Under the pieces are notes generated by a model. It ran no database searches. It was not told the DNA's origin and worked only from the letters and a program-made list of their open reading frames with translations. The position numbers were made by a program, and so were the translations under genes. DNA of 64,000 nucleotides from an uncultured Chloroflexia bacterium. Its GTDB lineage: Bacteria > Chloroflexota > Limnocylindria > Limnocylindrales > CSP1-4. Of the stretch, positions 42,231 through 53,034 are shown in pieces. Where the stretch lies: positions 48,887 to 112,886 of the forward strand of contig CAWFMQ010000003.1 in NCBI GenBank assembly GCA_963816905.1, given 5' to 3'. How positions within the stretch are numbered: the first letter of the stretch is position 1; each line of letters starts with the position of its first letter.

Positions 42231-42437
42231 CTACCAGCGGATGACACCGCCCATGAACAGCACGGTGATTCCGATGATCACGATGACGACGACCGCCAGG
42301 CCGGCGTAGCGAGCCCCCTTCGAGATATGGGGCGCCGGACCGGTGTACACGTTCTCTTCGTACTCGCGAGCCTCGCGGTCGTGCTCCCGCCGCTCGTTGC
42401 GGTGCCGTCCGCTCTCGCTGTGCTTCTGCTTGCTCAT
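42231..42437 (-). CDS. small C-terminally membrane-anchored protein
   Basis: MSKQKHSESGRHRNERREHDREAREYEENVY...LAVVVIVIIGITVLFMGGVIRW. Confidence 0.5.
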   Translation of the reverse strand: MSKQKHSESGRHRNERREHDREAREYEENVYTGPAPHISKGARYAGLAVVVIVIIGITVLFMGGVIRW

Positions 42438-42514
42438 GGGTGCCCCCGGGTGATGTGGCTCTCCTGTCGGCCAAGGTGCATCGTAAGCGCGAATCGACCA
42501 GGCCACACCGACGT

Positions 42515-43193
42515 TCAGCCCGTGATCGCCGCGATCCCCTGCCCGATGAGCGCAGTCCCCAGGACGACGCAGAGCACGCTCATGACCGTGGCGTTGTTGG
42601 AGACGAGCCAGGACTTCATCTCGTCAAGGAAGCTTCCTTGCGCGATCTCCTGCTGCGAGGTAGTTGAGGACCGGCACGGCCACAGACAGACTGGCAACGA
42701 CGACGAAGACGAGGAGCCCTGCCAGGGCGTCGACGCCCGTTGCCCCACTCGCGGCGATTGCCAGCGCCGCCGCGATCGTCAGGGCAAGGTTCTTGGGGTT
42801 GACGCCGGCGAGGAGTACCGCGATGCCGAACGATCGTCCCGCAGTCAACGAATTGATTGCCGACATGCATTTCGGCATCGCGACCGTCTTCCCCTCCGCC
42901 GAACGCCTCGCCACTGCTTCCCGGCGAGTAGCAGGAAGAGCACGCCGAACAGCAGCTGCACCAGCGCCGCGAGGTCGGACGCTCCGGTGCTCGAGCCCGA
43001 CCTTGCCCGCCTGCGCAAGCACGAGCACGACCGCCCCCACGACCGTAAGCGCGATGACCCAACCCGCGAGGAAGGCGAGGCCGTTCTGCCTCGCCCGAGC
43101 GGAGAAGAGCATGAGGATGACGGCGATGACCGGCACCGGGCCGATGGCCACGCCGATCGCCATGGGCAGCACGCTGCCAACTGCCTGACCCAC
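42515..43193 (-). pseudogene. GAP / Sap (DUF2910) family membrane protein, three frame changes
   Basis: MGQAVGSVLPMAIGVAIGPVPVIAVILMLFS... continues in ORFs 42845..43180, 42624..43193 and 42515..42748. Confidence 0.65.
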
Positions 43194-43751
43194 CCCTACG
43201 TCCTTGCCTGGTGTTGCGTCCTTTGCTCAGTGAAGCACTGGCCGCGAGACGGCGCCTCACGCTCCCGGGATGAGCCACGCGGCGTGCCGAACGATTTGGA
43301 CTGGCCGCATCCGGGGCCATGCCAGTCATTCGAGATCCGCGTGCTTTCGCTTGGCACGCGTACGGCGCGGGCCGGACCATCGGCGCGCGGACGGCTGTGG
43401 ATCGCGCCAGACGCCGCCAGGTCGCAGTGGCCGGATAACTCGGACGCTCCTGCGGTTGGCGCCGACCTGCACCCAGTACATCACGTCCAGGACCAGGCCC
43501 AGCGCGATCAACAGCCAGTCCCAGCCGGAGATACCCGTGGGCTTCCAGCTGAGCAGGTCCATGACAGTCCCGTACGGGACGAAGACGATGCCCAGCCATC
43601 GCAGAGGATGCGGGTTGTCGCCGGGAATGGTGGAGTGGGACGGTACAGTCCGCGCGCGCTGCCGGGGTTCGCGCCCGCGCTGCCGGCAGCCGTAGTCGGG
43701 CCGCTGCCCGCGCCGGGGTGCCCTTTGTTCCCCGGCGCCCTCATCCCATTC

Positions 43752-43786
43752 GGAGGATATGCCGCACCCGGCCGTGTGGTTCAATC
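43752..43786 (+). promoter_or_regulatory. conserved 35-nt box, copy 1, upstream of CHAD locus 1
   Basis: ggaggatAtgccgcacccggccgtgtggtTcaatc; 33/35 identical to 61470-61504. Confidence 0.55.
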
Positions 43787-43851
43787 CTATTTCTCGTGAT
43801 CTGTCCGGTGACGCGCGCCGGAGTCCATGAGCCCGCATGGGGATGGGAGCG

Positions 43852-44151
43852 ATGCCCGAGCTGCAAACCAGGCGCATCCGGGAGTTCGCTGCCCGCCTGC
43901 GGGTCGAGCCCGGACGTAAGGTCGGTTTCCTCACGACGTCGACCCCGGGCTCCTCGCCGGCACCGTCGCAGGTCGGCATCAGGGTGCGCCAGGCGCTCGC
44001 GGAGGGTCGACGAAGCCGAGCCCCCGAGGCCATTGCGACCGACGCCAAAGCGGTCGGGCCGACACGCAGGGCGGCCGGTAAGGGTAACAAGCCCAAGATG
44101 TCCGACAAGAGCACATGGCAACGGAACGGCCGGCGCACACGTGATGGATGA
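43852..44151 (+). CDS. small ORF overlapping the CHAD start; possible PPK2 N-terminal remnant
   Basis: ARLRVEPGRKVGFLTTSTPG resembles the LRV.PG..V.L...D...TPG N-terminus of PPK2-family kinases. The rest is unrelated. 8-nt overlap with the CHAD ATG. Confidence 0.3.
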   Translation: MPELQTRRIREFAARLRVEPGRKVGFLTTSTPGSSPAPSQVGIRVRQALAEGRRSRAPEAIATDAKAVGPTRRAAGKGNKPKMSDKSTWQRNGRRTRDG

Positions 44152-45241
44152 GAGTCGATCCCGTTCGGTCGAAGGCGGCGCGGATTCGGTCGAGCACGGA
44201 CCACCGGCAGTCGAAGTGCAATCGCCCGATCGGGAGCGCGCCATGGCCCCGGCCGATGGCGACCCGGACGCCACGTCGCCGGAGGTCGCCGCCCACGCGA
44301 CCGAGCACCCGGCGGTCGGCCGCACCCCCGATGTCCGCGCCGGCGACCCGTGGCCCGAGGCCGGGCGCAAGATCGTGCGATTCCACCTCGCCCGGATGCT
44401 CGCTCGCGTGCCCGGCGTCATCGCCGGCGAGGATCCCGAGGAGGTCCACGCGATGCGGGTTGCCACGCGCCGGATGCGCGCCGCATGGCGGGTCTTCGGC
44501 GACGGGTTCGAACGCGAGGCGACCTACAGGTACCGGGGAGAGCTCCGCGACATCGGGGCGCGGCTCGGCGCCGTGCGCGATCTCGATGTCCTGATCGAGA
44601 TCCTGGTGGCCCACGGCGAGCGCCGGAGTCGCCGCCAGCGCGTCGGCCTCGAGCCGCTCCTGGCAGCGTGGCGTGCCGAGCGGGAGGCGCGTCGCATCGA
44701 CCTCCTCGAGGTACTCGGCTCGGAGCGTTTCGCCGAGTTCGTCCGCGATTACGAGAGATACGCGGAGACACCTGGCCTCGCCGCCCGCGCCATCCCACCG
44801 CACGCTCCGGGACTCGTTCGGAACCGGATGCCGGCGACGATCTGGGCTGCCTACCAGGCCGTGTGGGCGTTCGAGGCCGATCTCCGGACGGCCGACCTGG
44901 CCACGCTGCACCAGCTTCGGATCGCGGCCAAATGGCTGCGCTATACGCTTGAGTTCGTCCGGGAGCCCCTCGAGCCGGAGGGGTCGGCGCTCATCAGGCC
45001 GGTTGTCGCCCTCCAGGATCACCTCGGGAGTCAGCACGATCAGCACGTCGCCAGGTCGCTGGCCCAGGAGTTTGCGACGTCCGCGACCCTGACCGACGCG
45101 CAGGAAAGGTCGATCGCGAAGTTCGTCGAGCAACTGGACCAGGGCGTGGAGAGCATGGGTCGATCGTTCCCGTCAACCTGGCGACCGATCGCCGCCTCTG
45201 ACTATCGGCGTCGTCTCGGACGCGCGATCGCGCTGCTGTGA
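44144..45241 (+). CDS. CHAD-domain protein
   Basis: EVHAMRVATRRMRAAWRVF...LGAVRDLDV...LHQLRIAAKWLRYTLEF. Confidence 0.85.
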   Translation: MDESRSRSVEGGADSVEHGPPAVEVQSPDRERAMAPADGDPDATSPEVAAHATEHPAVGRTPDVRAGDPWPEAGRKIVRFHLARMLARVPGVIAGEDPEEVHAMRVATRRMRAAWRVFGDGFEREATYRYRGELRDIGARLGAVRDLDVLIEILVAHGERRSRRQRVGLEPLLAAWRAEREARRIDLLEVLGSERFAEFVRDYERYAETPGLAARAIPPHAPGLVRNRMPATIWAAYQAVWAFEADLRTADLATLHQLRIAAKWLRYTLEFVREPLEPEGSALIRPVVALQDHLGSQHDQHVARSLAQEFATSATLTDAQERSIAKFVEQLDQGVESMGRSFPSTWRPIAASDYRRRLGRAIALL

Positions 45242-47064
45242 GTGGCTCGACCGAGGCCCAGATGAAGCCCGGCGTCGCGGCCGGTTCCCCACGTGGGCGC
45301 GTCGAGCGGTGGATACCCGGGGTCCGGGTCGTTCGGACCTACGACCGGACGTGGCTGCCCCGCGACCTGATCGCGGGCCTCGTGCTCGTGACACTGCTCG
45401 TCCCGCAGGGCATGGCGTACGCGGAACTCTCCGGCCTCCCCGCCATCACCGGTCTCTACACGACCGTCGTCTGCCTCGTCGCGTACGCCCTTGTGGGACC
45501 GTCGCCGATCCTCGTCCTGGGCCCTGATTCGGCGCTCGGCCCGATGATCGCCGCGACCATCCTGCCGCTCGCGTCGGGCAGCCAGGAGTTGGCAATCGCG
45601 CTCGCGGGGATGCTCGGCCTCCTCGTCGGGCTGGTGACCGTGGGGGCGGGCGTGGCAAAGCTCGGCTTCGTGGCCGACCTGCTCTCCCGCCCGGTCCGGA
45701 CCGGGTACCTCGCAGGTTTGGCAGTCACCATCTTCATCGGCCAGCTGCCGAAGCTGTTCGGGTTCAAAACGGACGCGAACGGCCTCGTGGACGAACTCGT
45801 CAAATTCCTTCAGAACCTCGACGAGACGAACCCCTGGGCGCTCGGCATCGGGCTGCTCAGTCTGGCGATCATTCTTGGCCTCAAGCGCCTGTCACCGCGG
45901 ACCCCGGGCATCCTGATCGCCGTGGTCGTTTCGATCGCGCTTTCGATCATCCTCGACCTTGCCGCCCGCGGCGTCGCAGTGATCGGCGTGCTGCCCCAGG
46001 GATTCCCGGTGCCGTCGATTCCGAACGTCCCGCTGTCCGACATCCCGCTGCTGATAGCCGGAGCGGTCGGGATCTCGCTCGTCGCCATCGGTGACACCAT
46101 CTCGACCTCCGGCGCCTTCGCCCAGCGGGGAGGCTACGAGGTCGACGCCAACCAGGAACTGGCGGGGATCGGTTCCGCAAACCTGGCCGCCGGCCTGTTC
46201 AGCGGCTTCCCGGTGAGCACGAGCGGGTCGCGGACGGCCGTGGCCGAGCAGTCCGGTGCGAAGACGCAGCTGACGGGACTGGTAGCTGCCGCGCTCGTGC
46301 TCCTGATGCTGCTGTTCGTGCCGGGCCTCGTCCAGTTCATGCCGCAGCCGGTCCTGGCGGCGCTCGTGATCGCTGCGTCATTGAGCCTGTTCGACGTCGC
46401 CGAGCTGCGCCGTCTCTATCGCGTCCGGAAAACCGAGTTCGCGCTCGCGGTCGTCTGCCTTCTCGGCGTCGCCTTTCTCGGCGTCCTCCAGGGCATCATC
46501 GTGGCGGTCGCACTGTCGGTGATCTACATCTTCAAGCGTGCCTGGACGCCGCACTCGGCAGTGCTGGGGAAGGTGCCGGGCACCCCCGGCTACCACAACG
46601 TCCATCGCTACCCGGATGCGCGGCAGATCCCCGGCCTGCTCATCATCCGCTGGTCGGCGCCGCTGTTCTTCGCCAACGCGAACCAGTTCCGCGACCTGAT
46701 CCGCGACCTCGTCAAGGCGTCGGCGACACCGCCAACATGGGTCCTTGTCGCCGCCGAGCCGATCACCGATATCGACACCACCGCCGGCGCGATGCTCGCG
46801 GATCTCGACCTCGAGCTGCACTCGGAAAACATGCACCTCGTGTTCGCAGAGCTCCAGTCGAGTGTCCGCGAGGTGATCGCGAAGTACGGGCTCGTCGAAA
46901 CCATCGAGGAGGGCCACTTCTTCCCCTCGGTGACCGAGGCGGTCAAGGCATTCCGGCGCGAGGTGGCCAGGAACGAGACGGCAGGCCCGACAGCCGGCCC
47001 GGAAGCGGCGCCGGTCGCACCGATCGCCGGAGACACGACGCCGGACGGTCCCACCGGCGCCTGA
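45238..47064 (+). CDS. SulP-family anion permease with STAS domain
   Basis: GTG at 45238 overlaps the CHAD stop (GTGA). 608 aa; LPRDLIAGLVLVTLLVPQGMAYAELSGLP... Confidence 0.9.
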   Translation: MSGSTEAQMKPGVAAGSPRGRVERWIPGVRVVRTYDRTWLPRDLIAGLVLVTLLVPQGMAYAELSGLPAITGLYTTVVCLVAYALVGPSPILVLGPDSALGPMIAATILPLASGSQELAIALAGMLGLLVGLVTVGAGVAKLGFVADLLSRPVRTGYLAGLAVTIFIGQLPKLFGFKTDANGLVDELVKFLQNLDETNPWALGIGLLSLAIILGLKRLSPRTPGILIAVVVSIALSIILDLAARGVAVIGVLPQGFPVPSIPNVPLSDIPLLIAGAVGISLVAIGDTISTSGAFAQRGGYEVDANQELAGIGSANLAAGLFSGFPVSTSGSRTAVAEQSGAKTQLTGLVAAALVLLMLLFVPGLVQFMPQPVLAALVIAASLSLFDVAELRRLYRVRKTEFALAVVCLLGVAFLGVLQGIIVAVALSVIYIFKRAWTPHSAVLGKVPGTPGYHNVHRYPDARQIPGLLIIRWSAPLFFANANQFRDLIRDLVKASATPPTWVLVAAEPITDIDTTAGAMLADLDLELHSENMHLVFAELQSSVREVIAKYGLVETIEEGHFFPSVTEAVKAFRREVARNETAGPTAGPEAAPVAPIAGDTTPDGPTGA

Positions 47065-47084
47065 CGACAAGCGTCGCTCAAGGA

Positions 47085-47097
47085 TCAGGACAGCCGG
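47085..47097. repeat. 13-nt direct repeat, left flank of hepT-mntA
   Basis: tcaggacagccgg; identical at 47886-47898. Confidence 0.9.
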
Positions 47098-47118
47098 GTG
47101 GCTACGCCGTTGTCGTGG

Positions 47119-47465
47119 TCATGCCCGGTGCTCTGCGAGCAGCGCCGCCACCGCTGCGGCAAGTTCGGGCACGTCGAGCATGATCGCCGTCCAGACGACC
47201 TCGTCGTCCACCACGTCGTATCCGTGTGCCAAGACGTTCCGAAACCCGACGATGCGGCCGATGTCCGGTATCCGCCCGGCAAGCTCCGGATCAACGCGCG
47301 CCAACCGATTCAGTGCCTCACCGATGATCCCCAGCTGCCGCTCGACGGCGGATCGCATCATCGCGTTCGAGCGATACGACGCGAGGTCGCCGAAGCGGTG
47401 AAATGGTCGATCAGTGCCGCCGCTTCGAGGACATCGGCAAGGTACGCACGGGCATCACGCCGCAT
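47119..47465 (-). pseudogene. hepT: HepT (DUF86) RNase toxin, one frameshift near 47400
   Basis: MRRDARAYLADVLEAAALIDHF, then in another frame HRFGDLASYRSNAMMRSAVERQLGIIGEAL...FRNVLAHGYD (R.x4.H.Y motif). The indel is in a T-run. Confidence 0.75.
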
Positions 47466-47763
47466 AGACCGGCTCGCGCGTCGCCTCGATGTCTGCCTTG
47501 ATGTAGGGGTTCCGTATGGCCGAGGGCATGACGAGGTCCACCGGGCGGCCGAGGAGATCTGCCAGGGCCTCTCGCAGGTCCATGTACGCGTGGAACGTGT
47601 TGAGATCCGGGTCCTTCTCGAACTCGACCAGAAAGTCCACGTCACTTCGACCCGGATCGAAGTCGTCACGAATCGCCGATCCGAACACGTCCAGGCGTCG
47701 CACGCGATACCGGCGGCAAAGGGCTTCGATCTGAGCGCGCTTCTTGTCGATCAGCGTGGGCAT
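47455..47763 (-). CDS. mntA: MntA nucleotidyltransferase antitoxin
   Basis: LDVFGSAIRDDFDPGRSDVDFLVEF (GS...SD.D motif); overlaps the hepT start. Confidence 0.85.
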   Translation of the reverse strand: MPTLIDKKRAQIEALCRRYRVRRLDVFGSAIRDDFDPGRSDVDFLVEFEKDPDLNTFHAYMDLREALADLLGRPVDLVMPSAIRNPYIKADIEATREPVYAA

Positions 47764-47885
47764 CGGTCCGGCCTCCGGGGGGAGTCTACTCGGGCACACG
47801 AGGCGCCGGCAGGAATGCGACCGGCAGGGACGGCTCCAATGGCTACGACCGAGCTAACCCAGCGGGCTTCGCCGCCGCGACCGGG

Positions 47886-47898
47886 TCAGGACAGCCGG
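47886..47898. repeat. 13-nt direct repeat, right flank of hepT-mntA
   Basis: tcaggacagccgg. Confidence 0.9.
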
Positions 47899-48042
47899 CA
47901 GGCCTGGACAAATTCATTCGACGACCATGAACCCGGGCGTGGCCGAGGCGGCCCGGCGCAGCGCGGCCGTCCTCCTGGCCTGCTCGGCCGTACATCAGCG
48001 AACCGTGCGTCGTGCGTTGTTTGCGCGTCCCAAACCGCGACC

Positions 48043-48408
48043 CTATACGGCGCCGGGGACCGGTCCCTCGCGCAGGCCGAACACATTGCCGTCCGGGTCC
48101 TTGAACCACGCACCGCGAGCCGGGCCGATCTGCGCAATGAAGTTGACCGTCTTCGGCGTCTCGTATTCCTCGAAGGCGACCCCGCGGGAGGTGAGATCGC
48201 GGATGACCGCCTCGAGGTCGTCAACCTCGAAGTGCGCCACCGTCTGACCGACGTTCGGCTGCCCGCGTCGCACCGATAGTTGCGTCCCCTTGCCGGCGCC
48301 GAAGCGGAAGGCGAACGGCTGCTCGTCGAGCAGCGGCAGAGCGAGCTGTTCGGCAAAGAACCGCTTCGCCCGATCAAGGTCGGTCACCGCAACGGTCGTC
48401 ACCACCAT
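48043..48408 (-). CDS. VOC / glyoxalase-family protein
   Basis: MVVTTVAVTDLDRAKRFFAEQLAL...WFKDPDGNVFGL. The start could instead be the GTG at 48432. Confidence 0.75.
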   Translation of the reverse strand: MVVTTVAVTDLDRAKRFFAEQLALPLLDEQPFAFRFGAGKGTQLSVRRGQPNVGQTVAHFEVDDLEAVIRDLTSRGVAFEEYETPKTVNFIAQIGPARGAWFKDPDGNVFGLREGPVPGAV

Positions 48409-48626
48409 GGCATCGGAAAGCACGATCTTCACCTCAATTGCGAACAGGACGCCGCGCCCGGCCCGGTGCCGGCGACGCCGACCTGCCTGAGCGAACGCCG
48501 AGTATATGGCGCGCGCAGACACCACCGGCGCGGGGCCTGCGATGCCGTTCGGTGGCCGCGATGCCGTTCGGTGAGCGCGATCGCGCCCCGTGCGCCTTGA
48601 TGCACGGCACTCTCCCGCGGCGCCGA

Positions 48627-49631
48627 TCAGGGGTTCGTCGACCCGGTGTAGGTCTGTGCCGGGACGACCTCCACGGTGATCGTCGCGCTGGCTCCCTGGG
48701 CCTGCAGGTCGGCCAGTAGCGCGGACATGGGCGGGAGCGTGCCCTCGCCTCCGATGTTGGCCGTGACGGTGCCGTTGTCCGCCTTGATCGAGATGACCTT
48801 GTAGCCCGTCCCGTCGAGCCACGTCGAGACCGCGCTGCTCGCCTGCTGCTCGAGGATGTCGTCTGTAATGACGTGGTAGCTGGTGATCCCGAGCGGGACG
48901 ATGACCAGGGCCATCGCGACGAGGATCACGAGGATCGCCGACCGGCGGGCGGCACGAGTGCGCTGGCGCATGGACACGCTCCCATACCCCATCAGCCCCA
49001 GGAGGACGACGCCGGCCGCCACGATCGCCACGAAGTTCGTGAAGAAGAGCAGGAAGGCGCCGCCGGCGAGTCTCGGCTCTCCGGCCAGCAGGAGGATGCC
49101 GGACGCCGCTAGCGGGGGGACCAGCGAAACGGCGATCGCGACCCCGGGGAGGGCGTCCGAGACATCTTCGCGTCCGATCGCGAATGCCCCGGCGGCCCCC
49201 GCGGCCAGCGCGACGACGAGGTCGAGGAGTCGAGGCGTGGTGCGGGCGAGGATCTCCGGGGTCGTTCGGCCGCTCTCCGGAACGAACAGCGCCATCCCCG
49301 CCGCAAGCGACATGACGACGACGACGCCGATGGCCACGATGATCACGGAGCGGACGACATTGCGCCCGTCTCCGGTCACGATGGCGAGCGAGGCGGCCAT
49401 CATGGGTGTCATGAGGGGCGCGACGATCATCGCCCCGATGATCACCGCCGACGAGTTCCCGATCAGCCCGCCGGCAGCGATGATGGTCGACAGGCACAGC
49501 AGCATGAAGAACCTGAGGAGGCGATCACCGACCGGCGGACGGTCGAACAGGAGTTTGCCGCCGAGGTGCTCGAGGTCAGCGGGGAGTGGTGGGCCTCCAT
49601 GGAGCAGATCGGCGATCCGCGCGAGTACCAT
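48627..49631 (-). CDS. DUF389 (TIGR00341-like) membrane protein
   Basis: Internal ATG at 49631; NSSAVIIGAMIVAPLMTPMMAASLAIVTGD. Confidence 0.8.
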   Translation of the reverse strand: MVLARIADLLHGGPPLPADLEHLGGKLLFDRPPVGDRLLRFFMLLCLSTIIAAGGLIGNSSAVIIGAMIVAPLMTPMMAASLAIVTGDGRNVVRSVIIVAIGVVVVMSLAAGMALFVPESGRTTPEILARTTPRLLDLVVALAAGAAGAFAIGREDVSDALPGVAIAVSLVPPLAASGILLLAGEPRLAGGAFLLFFTNFVAIVAAGVVLLGLMGYGSVSMRQRTRAARRSAILVILVAMALVIVPLGITSYHVITDDILEQQASSAVSTWLDGTGYKVISIKADNGTVTANIGGEGTLPPMSALLADLQAQGASATITVEVVPAQTYTGSTNP

Positions 49632-49895
49632 CCTCGTCAACCTCCCTTGCTCTCCCTCACGTGAGCGCCGCCGACGGTCGGCAATGCCGCCGGCCGCGTC
49701 CTTCTCGCAACTGTGCCGGGCCGCCGGGCCGCCGCGACGTCGCCCGGAGGCATTATGCGGTCCGTTCATGGCAGTCCGCGCGGCTTGAGATCCGGGGAGG
49801 GACATCCTCATGGATACTGGCGCCGTGTCCCGTCAACCGACGTTCCACTCCGCGGGCGATCCCAGGTGCGGCGCCGCATACCCGGTGATTTCGGC

Positions 49896-50565
49896 GTGAC
49901 CGAGCGGGCGTCCGCCCCGGAGAAGGTGATCGGGGAGTCACGGTGGCCGATGGCGATCGCGGTCTCTGTGCTGATCGGCGCGACGGTCGTCGCCCCGAGC
50001 CAGTTCGCCGGCGGGTTCGTATGGGTTATTGCCGCCATCGAAGCACTGCTGCTGGCAGCCCTGATCATCGGCGACCCGGGCCGAAATCGACCGCCGCAGC
50101 AGGTGGTTGCACCGAACCGGCGTGCTCCTCGTCGCGGTCCTTGTCAGTGGTGCGCTTTTCGCCACCGGTCTACTCATCCACGACCTCGTCACGGGGTCGG
50201 AGATCACGAACAACGCGGGGCCGTTGTTGATCGCCGGCGCCAAGGTCTGGCTCGCCAACAACATCGCGTTCGCGCTGCTCTACTGGCAGATGGACGGCGG
50301 GGGGGCGGCCCAGCGTGCACACGGCCTGCCCAGATACCCGGACTTCGCGTTCCCCCAGATCTCCAACCCCGACCTTGCACCGCCCGACTGGCGGCCGCGG
50401 TTCGTGGACTACCTCTACATCGGGTTCACGACGGCGAATGCCTTCAGTCCGACCGACACACTGCCGCTGACAGCCAGGGCGAAGCTTGCCATGGGTGTCC
50501 AGGCGCTCGTCTCGTTCGTGATCGTGGGCCTGGTCATCGCGCGGGCCGTGAACGTGTTCAAGTAG
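49896..50565 (+). pseudogene. DUF1345 membrane protein, one frameshift near 50090
   Basis: ESRWPMAIAVSVLIG...IIGDPGR, then in the +1 frame IDRRSRWLHRTGVLLVAV...DYLYIGFTTANAFSPTDTLPLT. Apparent extra A in cgAAAtc. Confidence 0.7.
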
Positions 50566-50776
50566 CCGACGCGGCCCGCCGCTGCCCGGACCGTCGGGTA
50601 TCGAACGGGTTCCGCCCAAGTGGAATAGCAGTCTTACGGCGCGGCACGCACTCGGGGACCCGTGACGGTTCGGGTGCTTAACCATATCGATAACCGGCAC
50701 GGACCAGATTTCCGGTCCAGGTTCCGCACGACGACTGTTGGGTGCCGCCCCCAGGAACCTCGGGAAAGGACACAGC

Positions 50777-52284
50777 ATGCGTCTCAGACTCCTCACCGCG
50801 GCTCTGCTACTCATGGTCGGCATCGGTGCGGTCGGGTACGTCATTCTCGAACCGTCCGCGACCGCGAACTCAACCTCCCAGTACCTCACGGCGCAGGCCA
50901 CGGTCACCAACGTCGTGCAGCAGGCCGTGGCCACCGGTTCGGTGGCTGCCTCGACAACCTATGGCCTCGGGTTCGGCCGCCAGCCCGACGTGGTCACGGG
51001 GACGTCCAGTTCGACCTCGTCAAGCAGCTCGAGCGGCAGCACGACCTGGGTCGTCAGCGCGGTGAACGTCACCGTCGGTGAGCCGGTCACCGCCGGCGAG
51101 GTGCTGGCCACCGCGGACGGCTCCAGTGCGCAGCTCGCGCTCCAGGTCGCCCAGGCCAACCTCGCGGCGGCGCAGGACAAGCTGGCCACCGACAAGGCCT
51201 CGCCCAACGCGGCCCAGAAGGCGGCCGCCAGGATCGCCCTCCAGCAGGCCCAGAACTCACTGACGAGCTCGGAGCAATCGGCGGCGGACGCCGCCAGGCA
51301 GGCCGCGCTGACTGTCCAGAGTGCAAGGACCGCCGTCACCACGGCCGAGAACCAGCTGGCCACGGATACGACCGCCAAGGCCCCGGCGGCGACCCTTACG
51401 GCGGACCGGAAGGCGATCACGCAGGCCAGGCAGTCGCTGGCGCAGGCGGAGGCGCAGGCCGCCTCCTCCAATCAGCAGTCCTCCAGCGGGGTGACCAACG
51501 CCAGGCTCTCACTCAAGTCGGCGCAGAACACCTACAAGACGGCCCTCCTGCCGGCGACGGCCGCCACCATCGCGTCCGACGAGGCCGCGGTGGCGAGCGC
51601 GCAGGAAGCGGTCAACACCGCCCAGACGACCCTCGGCGGTGACCAGATCACCGCGCCCGCCGCCGGCACGGTCGTGAGCGTCAGCCTGGTCAACGGCCTG
51701 CCGGCGCCCGCCGGCGACGCCATCGACATCGAGACCGGGCAGATGAACGTGACGGCCGACTTCCCTGAGTCGTCGATGCCGTCGCTCAAGGTCGGCCAGG
51801 CCGCCTCGGTCAGCATCACCGCGCTGGGCCAGACGGTGGCCGGCACGGTCAGCCAGATCACGCCGGTGGCGGCGACGTCCGGCACCTCGACCGTGGTGAC
51901 CTTCGCCGTGACCGTGACGCTGGGCAGCAGTCCTGCCGCGCTGCGCTCCGGGATGTCGGCCACCGTCGCGATCACCACCGCGAGCGCCACGGGCGTCGTC
52001 GCGGTGCCCTCCATCGCGCTCCTTGGCAGCGCCGGCAACTACGACGTGCGTGTCATCGACTCCAGTGGCAATGTCTCGGTGGTGCCGGTCCAGGTGGGTC
52101 TCGTCACCAGCAGTCTGGCCGAGATCCAGAGCGGGCTGAAGGCCGGTGACACGGTCATCACGGGTTCCTCGACGGCTCGGACCGGTACGACCACGAGCAC
52201 GGGCGGTGGCTTCGGCGGCCTCGGCGGCCTGGGCGGCGGCGGCGTGCGGTTCTCTGGCGGCGGTGCCGGCAGCGCGGCCGGACG

Positions 52285-52288
<4 letters not shown>
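50777..52288 (+). CDS. HlyD/MacA-type periplasmic adaptor
   Basis: ATG at 50777; TM anchor; long Ala/Gln coiled coil; beta-barrel segment (ITAPAAGTVVSVSL). Confidence 0.85.

Positions 52289-53030
<742 letters not shown>

Positions 53031-53034
<4 letters not shown>

Noticed and set aside
43326-43562. 78-codon minus-strand ORF (MDLLSWKPTGISGWDWLLIALGLVLDVMYWV...).
   Set aside because: It has one or two hydrophobic stretches, but the tail is Arg-rich and shadow-like. There is no RBS or family match I can support.
43752-43786. GGTTCAATCC inside the box looks like a tRNA T-arm, so it could be a tRNA fragment or att site.
   Set aside because: No complementary T-stem, acceptor stem or anticodon arm can be drawn. 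The second copy reads GGTCCAATCG.
43759-43830. A conserved uORF (MPHPAVW...) could be a leader peptide.
   Set aside because: Not called as a feature. The SD-to-start spacing is only 1-2 nt, and conservation stops after codon 9 exactly where nucleotide identity stops. A DNA or RNA site explains it as well.
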